The notes beneath the pieces were generated by a model. That model ran no database searches and was not told the origin of the DNA. It saw only the letters and a list, made by a program, of their open reading frames with translations. Below are positions 50,111 to 60,960 of a stretch of DNA of 64,000 nt, in pieces (the first letter of the stretch is position 1; each line of letters opens with the position of its first letter). Source of the DNA: Lentisphaeria bacterium (lineage in GTDB: Bacteria; Verrucomicrobiota; Lentisphaeria; Oligosphaerales; Oligosphaeraceae); contig JBMNFR010000015.1 of NCBI GenBank assembly GCA_050949415.1, positions 549,093 through 613,092 of the forward strand, written 5' to 3'. The translations under genes and the position numbers were made by a program.

Positions 50111-51785
50111 AATGGCTACCTTATTCAATACGGTTCGGGCAAAAATGTGCGTCATCAATGTTGCCCTTATCCTGGTGGCATTTCTCCTTAGCCTCACCGG
50201 AATCTATTTTTTTCAGCGAAATTATTTTCTGGATGAAATGAAAGAAAAAATCACGATTTTCAGCAATGAGTTCGAATACGAATATCTGACGGGTGACGAG
50301 GAGATACCAGGTGCAGTGGTCATTCAGACTCAGACGGTCAGCATCCCTGATTTTGCGGCAACCGCCATACAGCGGAACAGCCCGGATGCGACTGTTGTTT
50401 TCGCCTGCCACAGCTTAAGTCAAACAGGTGAGGATGCCATCACGGCCATTGCCAATATCGGTGGGATGCTTTTCGAGTTCATGATCACCCCCAGCCGCAT
50501 CGAAAAACGTGAGCTTACTGCGAGTTTGCCGGAGCGGATCGCCAGCATGCATGAAGAATTCACTGAGGAGTCCTATGGCGAAGACGACCAGCAGTTATTT
50601 TTTCTTTTGCTATCATCCGAAGGAAGGATTCTGGCTCATTCCAGACAGGATCCCGACGATCTGCGTTTTCTGACCAAACCGGTTCGTCCTCAGACTGACA
50701 AAACTTGGTTGATACGTCACCACCATGGGGAGCATTCGGTTATGGCTCTCTACAAGCGTTTCTATGACGGCAACCTTCTGGTGATCGCCGGCAGTCTGGA
50801 GAAAGCGGAACGCAACCTGGCGTACCTGGCGAGTATTTTAGGCATCATCATGGCTTTCATGATGGTGATCAGCCTTGCCGGCAGCTTGTTGCTGTCCGGC
50901 ATGTTTTTGAAAGGTCTTAACCGAGTCAAAAAAACAGCGGCGCAAATTGCGGACGGAGACTTTAGCCAAAGGGTAGAAATGGGTCGTGAGGGACGGGAGA
51001 TCAACGACCTGGTAGCCGTTTTCAATGACATGGTCGACCAAACCGAAAAACTGTTGCGGGAACTCAAAACCGTTTCCGACGATATTGCCCATGACCTTCG
51101 GACACCATTAACTGCCTTGCGAGGGAGAGCCGAACTTGCCTTGACCAGTGGCGATTGCTCAAATCTTCCCATCCAGGTGCTGGAGGGCTGTGATCATCTT
51201 CTATCCATCATTAACACCACATTAATCATCTCCCAAACCGAGGCAGGCCTTTTCCCTACCAGTCAAGAAGAGTTGGACCTGTTGGAAGTGGCACAGCAAA
51301 CGATCGACATTTTTCTGCCAACGGCAGAGGCACAGGGCATCACCCTTAAATTCTCTTCCGATCAAAAAAAGAGTTTTTTGAAAGCCAACCGAACGGCCAT
51401 GCAGCGGATGCTCGGCAATCTGGTTGACAACGCCATCAAGTTCACCCCGCCCGGAGGCCGGGTGGAAATCCGCATAACGGAAGAGACCGGAAGACTGTCT
51501 TTGATAGTGTCTGATACAGGAAGCGGAATTCAACCGCAGGACAAAGAAAAAATCTTTAAACGTTTTTACCGTGGCGACGGCAGCCGTTCCACACCCGGCA
51601 ACGGTCTTGGCCTGAGTCTGGTCAGGGCCATTGTCATCGCCTATGGAGGTACCATTGAGGTGGAGAGCACCCCGGGAAATGGAACCACTTTCCGAATTGA
51701 CTTTCCTATCGCATCGCCGACAACCGGACAACCACCAGCCCACCACGAAAGGCCGGCAACGCCTGGAACGCATCGCGTTTCCTAA
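50097..51785 (+). CDS. Sensor histidine kinase (two TM segments, HAMP, HisKA, HATPase_c)
   Basis: H-box HDLRTPLTAL, N-box LVDNAIKFT, G-boxes DTGSGI and GLGLSLV. The start could be 50097 (overlapping the response-regulator stop) or 50112. Confidence 0.85.
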   Translation: MSWNKMATLFNTVRAKMCVINVALILVAFLLSLTGIYFFQRNYFLDEMKEKITIFSNEFEYEYLTGDEEIPGAVVIQTQTVSIPDFAATAIQRNSPDATVVFACHSLSQTGEDAITAIANIGGMLFEFMITPSRIEKRELTASLPERIASMHEEFTEESYGEDDQQLFFLLLSSEGRILAHSRQDPDDLRFLTKPVRPQTDKTWLIRHHHGEHSVMALYKRFYDGNLLVIAGSLEKAERNLAYLASILGIIMAFMMVISLAGSLLLSGMFLKGLNRVKKTAAQIADGDFSQRVEMGREGREINDLVAVFNDMVDQTEKLLRELKTVSDDIAHDLRTPLTALRGRAELALTSGDCSNLPIQVLEGCDHLLSIINTTLIISQTEAGLFPTSQEELDLLEVAQQTIDIFLPTAEAQGITLKFSSDQKKSFLKANRTAMQRMLGNLVDNAIKFTPPGGRVEIRITEETGRLSLIVSDTGSGIQPQDKEKIFKRFYRGDGSRSTPGNGLGLSLVRAIVIAYGGTIEVESTPGNGTTFRIDFPIASPTTGQPPAHHERPATPGTHRVS

Positions 51786-51809
51786 GCCTTCCAAGGCGCT
51801 CCGGCAATA

Positions 51810-52571
51810 TCATCGGTTGGTGTCCAGGCGGAAGAAGATGGCCAGCAGCCCCGCCACCAGCCATGCCAGCAACATCGTGACGATGGTGTGCGAGAGATAA
51901 TGGTTGCCGGCCAGCATTTGGTAAGTACCCATCAGTGAGCCGGCGGCTAAGGCAATCATCAGGCCACGCCGACGTCCTGACCGGCTCAAAGGGGCAAAAG
52001 CCAAGCCGAACAAAGCATAGCCCCCGGAGGCGTGTCCGGCTGGCCAGCCCTTATAGCGTTTTTCCCCGACATGACGTGGTATTGACTGCCAGACGGTCCG
52101 ATAGGGAATGCTGCCACCGCCGTACCGGTCAATCTTGCGTGGATAGGCCACGCCAGTATGGGCTTTGAGGATGGCTACCAGAGAAGGAATCAGGGCCAGG
52201 CAAAGCAATACGTAAACGAGGCGGAGCCGGTTCCAGGGGCAGGTTAGCCGGCCCCAGCGCTGGCTGATGGTGAGCAGAAGCAGCGAACCGGCAAAAAATC
52301 CCAGCAGAAACTTGGGGATCACGTAGAAAGTAAGCCCCAAAGGGCTGTGTTTATCGAATTTAACCAGCCACTGCTGTGAGTCCCAGTCATACAGACAGTC
52401 CTGCACCCATAGATCAAAGGGTATCCATTCCCCCGCCACCAAAACCAGCAGCAGAAGCCCGAGGGGCAGAACGACGCGGGAGTACAGAGCTCCGTTCCAA
52501 GGTGTCAGTCTATGCGATTTTTTGTTTTCGGTCAGGTTATCAGCCCTACATGGATGCTCCCTCGCTGGCAT
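51810..52571 (-). CDS. PAP2-superfamily lipid phosphatase (LpxE/PgpB-like)
   Basis: Polytopic membrane protein. Motifs KAHTGVAYPRK (KxxxxxxRP-like), GWPAGHASG (PSGH-like), and SHT.V (SRxxxxxHxxxD-like, degenerate). Confidence 0.55.
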   Translation of the reverse strand: MPAREHPCRADNLTENKKSHRLTPWNGALYSRVVLPLGLLLLVLVAGEWIPFDLWVQDCLYDWDSQQWLVKFDKHSPLGLTFYVIPKFLLGFFAGSLLLLTISQRWGRLTCPWNRLRLVYVLLCLALIPSLVAILKAHTGVAYPRKIDRYGGGSIPYRTVWQSIPRHVGEKRYKGWPAGHASGGYALFGLAFAPLSRSGRRRGLMIALAAGSLMGTYQMLAGNHYLSHTIVTMLLAWLVAGLLAIFFRLDTNR

Positions 52572-52591
52572 GCTCTATCCTTCATTTTTTC

Positions 52592-53221
<630 letters not shown>

Positions 53222-53361
53222 GATTTTTTCTTTTTTCGGTGGGTGAAAAGATCGTATCAATTTGGTCAGCACGGATTAAATGCGTTATGTATTCACATCG
53301 GGAACCTCCTTTCAGCAGTTGAATATTAAAAACACCAGCTCCGCAGCAAAATTCCTTTCTG

Positions 53362-54801
53362 TCAACGGGAAACAAGCAGTTGCCAGATAGCCAATACCCA
53401 GGCGATTCCATTTATGGCAAGGCACAAGCCGACCGCTGCGCTGCCCAGATCTTTGGCCTTTTTGGCCAGGGGATTATATTCAGGCGATACCAAGTCTACG
53501 ACCGCCTCCACGGCAGTGTTCAGAATTTCAATAACCAAAACACCTGCCCAGAGCAGGCAAAGAATCAGTGCCTGCCATACGGGAAACGGAAACAACCATG
53601 CTGCGGGAACAAGCAGACAGCCCGCCAGTAATTCATGACGAAACGCTGTCTCTCCAACCACAGCTTTCAGACCACTGCCGGTATAGCATGTGGCGTGCCA
53701 AAGATGGCTGATCCCCGTTTTTTTGCCGGAATGAAGCAATACAGGTTGTAATTCATCGGGATTAATGGGGCTTGGGCAAAAGCCTGTTCGAGCTATCCGG
53801 GCAGTTGCAATGTTTTTCTGGTTCAACAGTATACTCCCGATAACAATCAAGGCAAGACCTGCCCAAAAAATGCTCGATTTATTGCCCAAAACCGTGCTGG
53901 CAAAAAATTCCAACCGTTCCCGTCCGGTCTCGGCAGTGACATCCACTTGTTTGACTTGGATGGTGCCATCCGCTTTGAAGTCGAACATCGCATAGCCAAA
54001 CATGCGGTTGTCGGGGTCCCGGATAACTTGTCCACTGGAAGGCAGATGGATCAGCCGGATGCCGGCGAAGATGCCTTCCATATACTGATGGATATGCCCA
54101 GAGATAATCAGATCGATCTTATATCCGGAGATAATTTTCCGAAAGGCTTCTGCTTCCTCCGCCGGCAGGCAATGGGAAGCTTTCGGGCGCAGATCCACTG
54201 GCGGGATATGGCAGAGGATGACGCAACGCCGATAACGTTCCCTTTGGCTGGAAAGGGTTTGTTTGAGAAACATGCGCTGATCTTCCGGCAGTTTTCCTTC
54301 TGCTGTGTTCAAGGCGATAAACAGGGTATCTCCATAGCTCCAGTAATAAAAATCCTGACCGAAAAACCGGTGCCAGGTTTCCAGGGAACTCAGAAGTCCT
54401 AGATCATGGTTCCCTGGAATGGCCCAGAAGGGACACTTCATTTCCTCGCGTAATTCTGAAACCACATGACCGTATTCGGCTTCCCGGGCGAACTTCATCA
54501 TGTCACCGGTACAAATTGTAAAATCCGCTTTGCTGCCGATGGAGCGAATCACCGCTTCCATCGAGTCGACCTTGGCGCCAAAGTCGCCGAAAGCCGCCAT
54601 CCGGAAATTTGTTGCCGCTGGATGCAACTCGAGCCCGGCAGGCGGGAGAAATGGCGGCAGATTGGTCAAAAACACCGTCCGTGCGGTGTAACAAGCCAGG
54701 CACATGCCAATTCCGGTTATAAGCAGCATCACACCCGCGATGCGGCGCAACAGCCGGTGTCGCGCATAGCGACATTCTATCCTGGTTTCTGATTCTTTCA
54801 C
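53362..54801 (-). CDS. Fusion protein: calcineurin-like metallophosphoesterase + transmembrane linker + diacylglycerol kinase (DgkA, prokaryotic DAGK family)
   Basis: Phosphoesterase motifs GDFG, GDMM, GNHD, GHIH. The C-terminus IEILNTAVEAVVDLVSPEYNPLAKKAKDLGSAAV closely matches E. coli DgkA EILNSAIEAVVDRIGSEYHELSGRAKDMGSAAV. Confidence 0.7.
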   Translation of the reverse strand: MKESETRIECRYARHRLLRRIAGVMLLITGIGMCLACYTARTVFLTNLPPFLPPAGLELHPAATNFRMAAFGDFGAKVDSMEAVIRSIGSKADFTICTGDMMKFAREAEYGHVVSELREEMKCPFWAIPGNHDLGLLSSLETWHRFFGQDFYYWSYGDTLFIALNTAEGKLPEDQRMFLKQTLSSQRERYRRCVILCHIPPVDLRPKASHCLPAEEAEAFRKIISGYKIDLIISGHIHQYMEGIFAGIRLIHLPSSGQVIRDPDNRMFGYAMFDFKADGTIQVKQVDVTAETGRERLEFFASTVLGNKSSIFWAGLALIVIGSILLNQKNIATARIARTGFCPSPINPDELQPVLLHSGKKTGISHLWHATCYTGSGLKAVVGETAFRHELLAGCLLVPAAWLFPFPVWQALILCLLWAGVLVIEILNTAVEAVVDLVSPEYNPLAKKAKDLGSAAVGLCLAINGIAWVLAIWQLLVSR

Positions 54802-56939
54802 TGGTTTTCCTTTTGCTTTAGAGGTAAAACCATCACCTTTGTTAGATTTGGGAAACGCATAGCCGGGTGAAGCCGGTCAAGACCCAGCTGATGTCGCAGG
54901 GACGCGCTCTGGTAGAGAGCAATGCAATCGGCGGGATCGTTTTGGGTTTCGGCTTCCAGCAGTGAAAATGGTGCCGTCAACGCCCATTTTTCATAAGAGA
55001 GTTTTCGTACCGGCTCAAGTAAAGTCAGAGTACCCGTTTCCGCCACCAGAAGACCGAGAGTCTGGAATGTGCCCAGCGGCGCCCTGCCTTCTTCAGCCGG
55101 CAGATTAAGCACGTCGCGACCAAAGAACTGGCTTTCGTAGGACCATCCCAGCAGGCCGAAAATAGTGGGAGCCACATCAATCTGACTGCAGACGGTGTCG
55201 ACGCTCTGGACGGGGAGCCGCCCCGGGGCGTAAAAGAGCAGCGGTATGTGGTATTTGTCCAATGGAAGTTTTTGGCGTCCGGAGGTGCTGTGGCAGTGAT
55301 CCGCGACAATCACAAACAGAGTATTGGCAAACCAGTCCCTGCCCGCGGCGGCATCGATAAAAGCTCCCAGGGCATGATCGCTGTACCGAACTGCCGAGGA
55401 ACGGCTTTTTTGCGGAGCATCAATCGTCCCCTCCGGGAAAGTGTAGGGACGATGATTCGAGGTGGTCATGATCAACTGATGAAAAGGACGCCCCACCGCA
55501 TGGTCGGCATCTGCGGCCCGAAGCGCCCATTGGAACATGTCGCCGTCGCAGACACCCCAGGCAGTGGAGAAATTCTGTGGCGTGGCATCCGGCGAGGACC
55601 TGTCCAGAATGTTATAGCCATTGGCTGAGTAGAAGGCGTTCATGTTGTCGAAACGCCCGTAGCCGCCATAGACAAAGGTGGTGGTGTAGCCCCGTTCGTG
55701 AAACAGCCTGCCAAGGGAAAACAAGTCACCATTGTCCGGCCGGCGGAGCATGGACTGCCCCGGCGTGGGGGGTATGGAGAGGGTTACTGCTTCAAGGCCG
55801 CGTACCGTGCGAGTGCCGGTGGCAAAACACCGGGTCAACAGCAGCCCTTCGCCGGCGAGGCGGTCGAGATTGGGCGTGCGAGTCTTTCCACCCAGGCATC
55901 CGACGAAGCTGGCGCTGAGACTTTCTTCAACAATGACCACCACATTCCACCTTTTTTCCGGCCCTGGATTGATGATGTTGCGGCGGATGTCCAGCGGTTC
56001 GTCGCTGGTGAAGGCGGCATTGGGTTCGGCTAGATGGCGGCGAAGACGCGGGCCGATTTCCGCCAAAGGCACTTTGAGGTAGAACCGATTATAGTCCAAT
56101 TCGTTCTGATAGTAGGCGGCAAACAGGGAGTGAATGCCGTTGCCGGCCAGTTCCACGTTGCAGGGGTTGCCGTTTTGGGGGATGGCGGTCTGATTGTTGA
56201 AGGTGAACGCAAGAATGACGACGGCGACGATATGGACGGCGGCGGCTGACCAGCGTGTCTTCCACCCGGTTAAAGAATTCAGCCAGGGCGTCAGCAAGCC
56301 GTCACGATGCATCCTCCACGCCAGAATGGCGGCAGTGGCGAAAATAACGGCCAGTAACCAGAGAACGGGGTACGACTCCCAAATGTTGGTCAGGACTTCC
56401 GTGGTATAGATCAGATAATCAATGGCAATGAAATTGAAGCGGGTGGCAAATTCGCCCCAGAACACGCATTCGGCAAGCAGCAGAAAGAGTAGCGTGGAAA
56501 GGGCAAGGAGGATGATTCCCGACATCGCCCGGCGATGCCCGCGGTACGTAAACAGCCGTTGCGGAATCACCGTCAGCCATAAAGTCAGCGGCAATGTTGC
56601 ATAGACCGACACCACTAGGTCGTTGAGCAGTCCATAAAACAAAATCCCGGCCCCGCCGAGTCCACCGAATTCAGCCTCATTCCTTCCCATAACCATCAGG
56701 ATCAACCGGGTCATGGTGAAAAAACAGAGGCCGAGTGCGGCCAGAATGACGGTTCCGCCCAAGCGATGTCCGGTGAGAATACTCCAAAGTTGCCGGAAGC
56801 ATCCTTTGCAGCACAGTGCTTGTTTCCCGGGTGGTGAACATGTTCGCTCACTGCGTATCGGAGTGGAAATGAGATTCTGATCATTACCAGCACATAGGTA
56901 GCCGATGATAAGCAGTTTTATGATTTTCGAACAAGTCAT
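54798..56939 (-). CDS. Sulfatase-family (alkaline-phosphatase superfamily) membrane transferase, LTA-synthase / phosphoglycerol-transferase-like
   Basis: N-terminal polytopic domain followed by a sulfatase-fold domain (VVVIVEESLSASF ... TSNHRPY). Confidence 0.65.
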   Translation of the reverse strand: MTCSKIIKLLIIGYLCAGNDQNLISTPIRSERTCSPPGKQALCCKGCFRQLWSILTGHRLGGTVILAALGLCFFTMTRLILMVMGRNEAEFGGLGGAGILFYGLLNDLVVSVYATLPLTLWLTVIPQRLFTYRGHRRAMSGIILLALSTLLFLLLAECVFWGEFATRFNFIAIDYLIYTTEVLTNIWESYPVLWLLAVIFATAAILAWRMHRDGLLTPWLNSLTGWKTRWSAAAVHIVAVVILAFTFNNQTAIPQNGNPCNVELAGNGIHSLFAAYYQNELDYNRFYLKVPLAEIGPRLRRHLAEPNAAFTSDEPLDIRRNIINPGPEKRWNVVVIVEESLSASFVGCLGGKTRTPNLDRLAGEGLLLTRCFATGTRTVRGLEAVTLSIPPTPGQSMLRRPDNGDLFSLGRLFHERGYTTTFVYGGYGRFDNMNAFYSANGYNILDRSSPDATPQNFSTAWGVCDGDMFQWALRAADADHAVGRPFHQLIMTTSNHRPYTFPEGTIDAPQKSRSSAVRYSDHALGAFIDAAAGRDWFANTLFVIVADHCHSTSGRQKLPLDKYHIPLLFYAPGRLPVQSVDTVCSQIDVAPTIFGLLGWSYESQFFGRDVLNLPAEEGRAPLGTFQTLGLLVAETGTLTLLEPVRKLSYEKWALTAPFSLLEAETQNDPADCIALYQSASLRHQLGLDRLHPAMRFPNLTKVMVLPLKQKENQ

Positions 56940-56985
56940 ATGAGGTTTCTCCCTGGAAAATGCGTTTTTTTCCTGTTTCTGATTT

Positions 56986-58881
56986 TCAGTTTTTCATGAA
57001 TCGGAACATATCGTGTTGAACCTTTTGCAATTCGCTGGCGTTGACACGATAAAAATCATCCTGATTACTGCAGGGCTCATCCTGCAACGTGGTGATCTTA
57101 CGGCTGAAGTATCTCCCTTTGGTTCCCAGAGGCAGCACCATCTTGTGGGTTGTGCTGATAAACGCTGCCGTCTCCCAACCGCAAACGACCATGTGGGAAC
57201 GGTGATATTCCGGCGAGAACAGATTGCCCCCCACCGAGTAGTCCTCCGGTGGATTGACGACTCCAAGCAAAGGTGCCAGCGAAGGAACTATGTCGGTATG
57301 GTGACTCATGCCCTCGTATACCGATGGAGTAACTCCTGGCCCCCGAATGACCAGCGGAACCCGTATCTGCTCCTGCACAAATGTCGAATTGTGTCCAAGA
57401 AAACCCTTTTCATAAAATTCCTCTCCATGGTCGCCGGTGATCACAACAATGGTGTTTTCCAGCAGTTCAGGTGTGTTTTCCAGCGCTGTGAAAAGGCGCG
57501 CCAACTGGTTGTCAATATGGTGCGCCGCGTTGACATCCCGGTTGTACAGCCGTTTGGCGTCTTGAGCTGAAACGGTGGCATAATTAATGTTTTCCAAATA
57601 ATCCTGCGTCATTGCCTGCTCCGGCGGAAAGGTATAGGGCGCGTGCGTCGACTCAAAAAAACCAAACAGGAAAAAAGGCCTGTTTTTATCTCTGGAATCC
57701 AGAAAAGCAACAGCACGGTCAATCAGACGGATATCCCGCTCCCAGGCTTTTCCGTTGCTTTCTTCATGTAAGGCAGATTCTGGCAGGGCGGCAAAAATAG
57801 TCCGGTCAAATTCTGGATAGGTGAAACGGGCTGACGTCATGCATAAAAACTGGTAATTGTCTTCGACGAGCCAGTCAATCAGCAACGGACCACGCTGACT
57901 GTGAAGAAATTTTCCCCAGCAATTTCCGTACAGCCCATAGAACATACTGAACATGCCCGGACGCGTGCCGTGCCCCCCACTGTAGTGTTGTGCGAACCGA
58001 CATCCTTTTCGGGAAAACTCCCAGGTTGATGGCATAATTTCAGGCGAAAGCAGATCCGCCCGCAGAGATTCGCCTACCAACCAAATCACATTGGGACGGC
58101 TTCGCCTCGGTAAACGGTCTATCGGCAGAAGCGGATAACTAACCCGAATCAGGCTGCCGTCTTTCTGCGTAAAGCGGGGAAGGTCAGTCCGTTTCGGCTC
58201 TTTCATCCCAATCTTGCGCAGAAAACGGCGCATGCGCATGGTCGGCGCGTGGGGGAACGCATCGATGGTGCACAATACGTCTTGGTTGAGCAGGAAATCA
58301 GCCATACCAGTACACAGCAATGAAAGCAGCAGTGCGGCTCCTGTCCACAGAGGAAAGGACCATCGCATGGTCTTGACCGGTAAATGCGATGCCAAGCGGG
58401 TGCAGAATTCCGATTTCAAGCAAAAAAACATCAAGCAGTAATGAAACACCAGCAACAGTCCAAGTCCGACTCCGGCGGTAAGCAGAGTATTGGCTTCCAG
58501 CCCCATGGATTCAAAGCCGCCAGGCGTCGTCAGCAGATTGACTACCAGCCCATTGATATGATAACCGAATTTGACGAGCATGACAGCATCGGCAAGGAGA
58601 AAAAAATGTACCAGAAAACCCAGCAGCACGGCCAGACTTCTGCCGGCCCAGGTAATCCACGAAGTGTTTTTGCCCGGTTTGCCGCTGCTGCCGATGGTAG
58701 CCGCCAGAAAAGCCGGTATCAGGACAATGCCAGTGTAGGCCAGCCAGGTAGAGGTAAGATATAATAACCGGAAAAGTCCGGTTCCCCCGTCATTGTGCCA
58801 GGCAAACCAGCCGGTCAAGGGCAAGGTTGCCAAATACAACAAAAGACAATAGGTATAAAAGGCCGTACGTTGTTCCTTCAT
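56986..58881 (-). CDS. Sulfatase-family inner-membrane protein (YejM/PbgA- or phosphoethanolamine-transferase-like)
   Basis: N-terminal multi-TM domain, then a sulfatase fold (NVIWLVGESLRAD ... ITGDHGEEF). Confidence 0.6.
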   Translation of the reverse strand: MKEQRTAFYTYCLLLYLATLPLTGWFAWHNDGGTGLFRLLYLTSTWLAYTGIVLIPAFLAATIGSSGKPGKNTSWITWAGRSLAVLLGFLVHFFLLADAVMLVKFGYHINGLVVNLLTTPGGFESMGLEANTLLTAGVGLGLLLVFHYCLMFFCLKSEFCTRLASHLPVKTMRWSFPLWTGAALLLSLLCTGMADFLLNQDVLCTIDAFPHAPTMRMRRFLRKIGMKEPKRTDLPRFTQKDGSLIRVSYPLLPIDRLPRRSRPNVIWLVGESLRADLLSPEIMPSTWEFSRKGCRFAQHYSGGHGTRPGMFSMFYGLYGNCWGKFLHSQRGPLLIDWLVEDNYQFLCMTSARFTYPEFDRTIFAALPESALHEESNGKAWERDIRLIDRAVAFLDSRDKNRPFFLFGFFESTHAPYTFPPEQAMTQDYLENINYATVSAQDAKRLYNRDVNAAHHIDNQLARLFTALENTPELLENTIVVITGDHGEEFYEKGFLGHNSTFVQEQIRVPLVIRGPGVTPSVYEGMSHHTDIVPSLAPLLGVVNPPEDYSVGGNLFSPEYHRSHMVVCGWETAAFISTTHKMVLPLGTKGRYFSRKITTLQDEPCSNQDDFYRVNASELQKVQHDMFRFMKN

Positions 58882-59529
58882 CGTGTTCTTCCTTTCCGCG
58901 TGGATTTGAAATTCATATCAGTTTTGATATGGTCAATACTATCGCGCAGGGAGTTCACGAAGGGATTGCCTTATCATTAACAACTTGTAATGTTGGTTAC
59001 GCGCGGATTATATTCGTGGACTATAACATTAATCCTAAAGCCTACAGGTTTTGATATTTTTTGGCGCTTCCGTAAATTTCGTGGGTCGCTGCCTAAACAA
59101 GACCGGCACGAAGTGCATATGAAGTATCACTCGACACGACAAGAAGTTATGCATAGGGTGCGGCCCGGCGAGAATGGGACACATTCTCGTCGGAGCCGGG
59201 CCGCACCCTGTGTGTAACTTCTTATTGGCGCCACTAATTTATCGTTGACTACCAAGGAGATATGGCTTTTACACCTAACGATTAGTCGGGAAGGTCGCGG
59301 ATAGCCTGTTTGCTTTTGTCATGTTTTGTCGAATTTTATACATGACTTGTCATGGCTTTCCACCCACGAAAATTCCCGAAGAGCCTATTTTTTTCACAGC
59401 CGTCCCATAGCCACTGAAATGTAAGCGTCCATTCAGGGCATTGAACCGACGGCATCTCTTCCATTGCAGCACTCTCAAGACGGCAACAAGCCATCCAAGG
59501 CGCAATCAGCGCCTTGGATGGCTTATGCC

Positions 59530-60960
59530 TCAAATTCTGCCTCTTCTGGGGTTTGCGAAAAAACGGGGTTATTTTAGGGTGGCTTTGAGCATTTGCTTGG
59601 TTAACGTCATTGACGGCAAATCATAAATTTTCAGTTTCATGTACTTATAGTCACGATATCCATAGGCCTGGGATATCAGATGTCGGATTTTGTTGTTGAA
59701 GCCCTCGGTGGCGGCATTAGTTAGCCGGTCGAACTGCCAATAGGCACAGATACCGTCCAGATGCTGTGCCACCGTCCTTCCCATGGTCTTGAGCTCAGGG
59801 ATGTTCATTCGCTGGCAGATGCCGGCCCAATCGGTCAGCATCCGTCGAGCCTCGTCGGCATCGTCGGCCAGCTGGTAGATTTTGACCAGGCACTCCTTAA
59901 GCGTCCAGGCATCGTAGAGGTCTTTGGAGACCTGCTGCAGGGCTTCAATCGACAGTTTCTCGTCATCGGTGAGGTCGTCGCTGTTATGCAACAGTGCCCA
60001 CCGCTTGCCCTTCAGCTGCTTGGTGGCTTCCTGGTCCAACTCTGACTGGACTTTTCGGCGGACCTTGTCCAGCTTCTGGTTCATCAGCTGGATGACATGA
60101 AAGTGATCGTAAACTACCGTCGCGTTAGGAAGCTGCTCTCTCACCCATTTGGCATAGGCGTTGCTCATGTCCATGCACACGGCCTCAACGTCGGCTTTGA
60201 AGTGGTTAAGCCGGGCCTTGAAGGGGGCCAGCGCCTCGCTACCCTTGCCGTCGCCGACAAACAGCACGGCTCCATTGAGCATGTTACGGACCACCGTCAG
60301 GTACTTTTGCCGGCGCTTGCCTTCAACCCGTTCATGGCCAACGTGAATCTCATCTATCCCGATGATCCTGATCCCCTTCATGTGGATGTGACTGTATTCC
60401 TTTTCCAGCCAGCTCACTTCCACATTTTTGACGGCCTCCCAGTCCAAATCGAAATGGGCAGCGATGGCGCTGATGGTCATCGTGTCCCGCAATTCCAGGA
60501 TCGAACGGGCCATGGCGCGGGTCATGCGAGCCTTGGGGTGGGGGAGGAAATCCGGATTTTCGTAGGACATGGCCTGGCACTTCCGGCAATAAAGACGATG
60601 AACCAACATCTTTAAGTAAAGTCTTTTGCTGCCAATGTTTTGTCTTTGAATCACACGTTCGCGGACAGGATAAGCCTTGACCTCGGCTGATCCACACTCC
60701 GGGCAGCGGAATTCTTTGCATTCGATTTTCTCGTAGCAGGCGCCACCCTTGTATTCCATGGCGATGTGCTTGCAACTTCTGATCCCTTGAGTATGGTAAA
60801 GAACACTGGTCATCATCCGGAAAGCCTCCTTGGTTATGGGTTGGAAATGAACACATAACATAAGGCTGATGATGACCAGCTTCAACTGCTCGTTGCGCCG
60901 GTAAAGTCATGATTGGCTTTGCAAGGGAAATGAAACATTTCCCTTGCAAAGCCGGTCATG
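59530..60960 (-). mobile_element. ISL3-family insertion sequence (boundaries approximate)
   Basis: Single ISL3 transposase gene. Flanking ggctttgcaagggaaatg-type sequences appear at both ends, with a perfect 40-bp palindrome at 60916-60955 and a hairpin at 59490-59522. The exact inverted repeats are not resolved. Confidence 0.45.
59569..60816 (-). CDS. ISL3-family transposase
   Basis: Start MMTSVLYHTQGI with an AAGGAGG ribosome-binding site. N-terminal zinc finger CKEFRCPECG...CRKC and an ISL3 DDE domain. Confidence 0.85.
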   Translation of the reverse strand: MMTSVLYHTQGIRSCKHIAMEYKGGACYEKIECKEFRCPECGSAEVKAYPVRERVIQRQNIGSKRLYLKMLVHRLYCRKCQAMSYENPDFLPHPKARMTRAMARSILELRDTMTISAIAAHFDLDWEAVKNVEVSWLEKEYSHIHMKGIRIIGIDEIHVGHERVEGKRRQKYLTVVRNMLNGAVLFVGDGKGSEALAPFKARLNHFKADVEAVCMDMSNAYAKWVREQLPNATVVYDHFHVIQLMNQKLDKVRRKVQSELDQEATKQLKGKRWALLHNSDDLTDDEKLSIEALQQVSKDLYDAWTLKECLVKIYQLADDADEARRMLTDWAGICQRMNIPELKTMGRTVAQHLDGICAYWQFDRLTNAATEGFNNKIRHLISQAYGYRDYKYMKLKIYDLPSMTLTKQMLKATLK

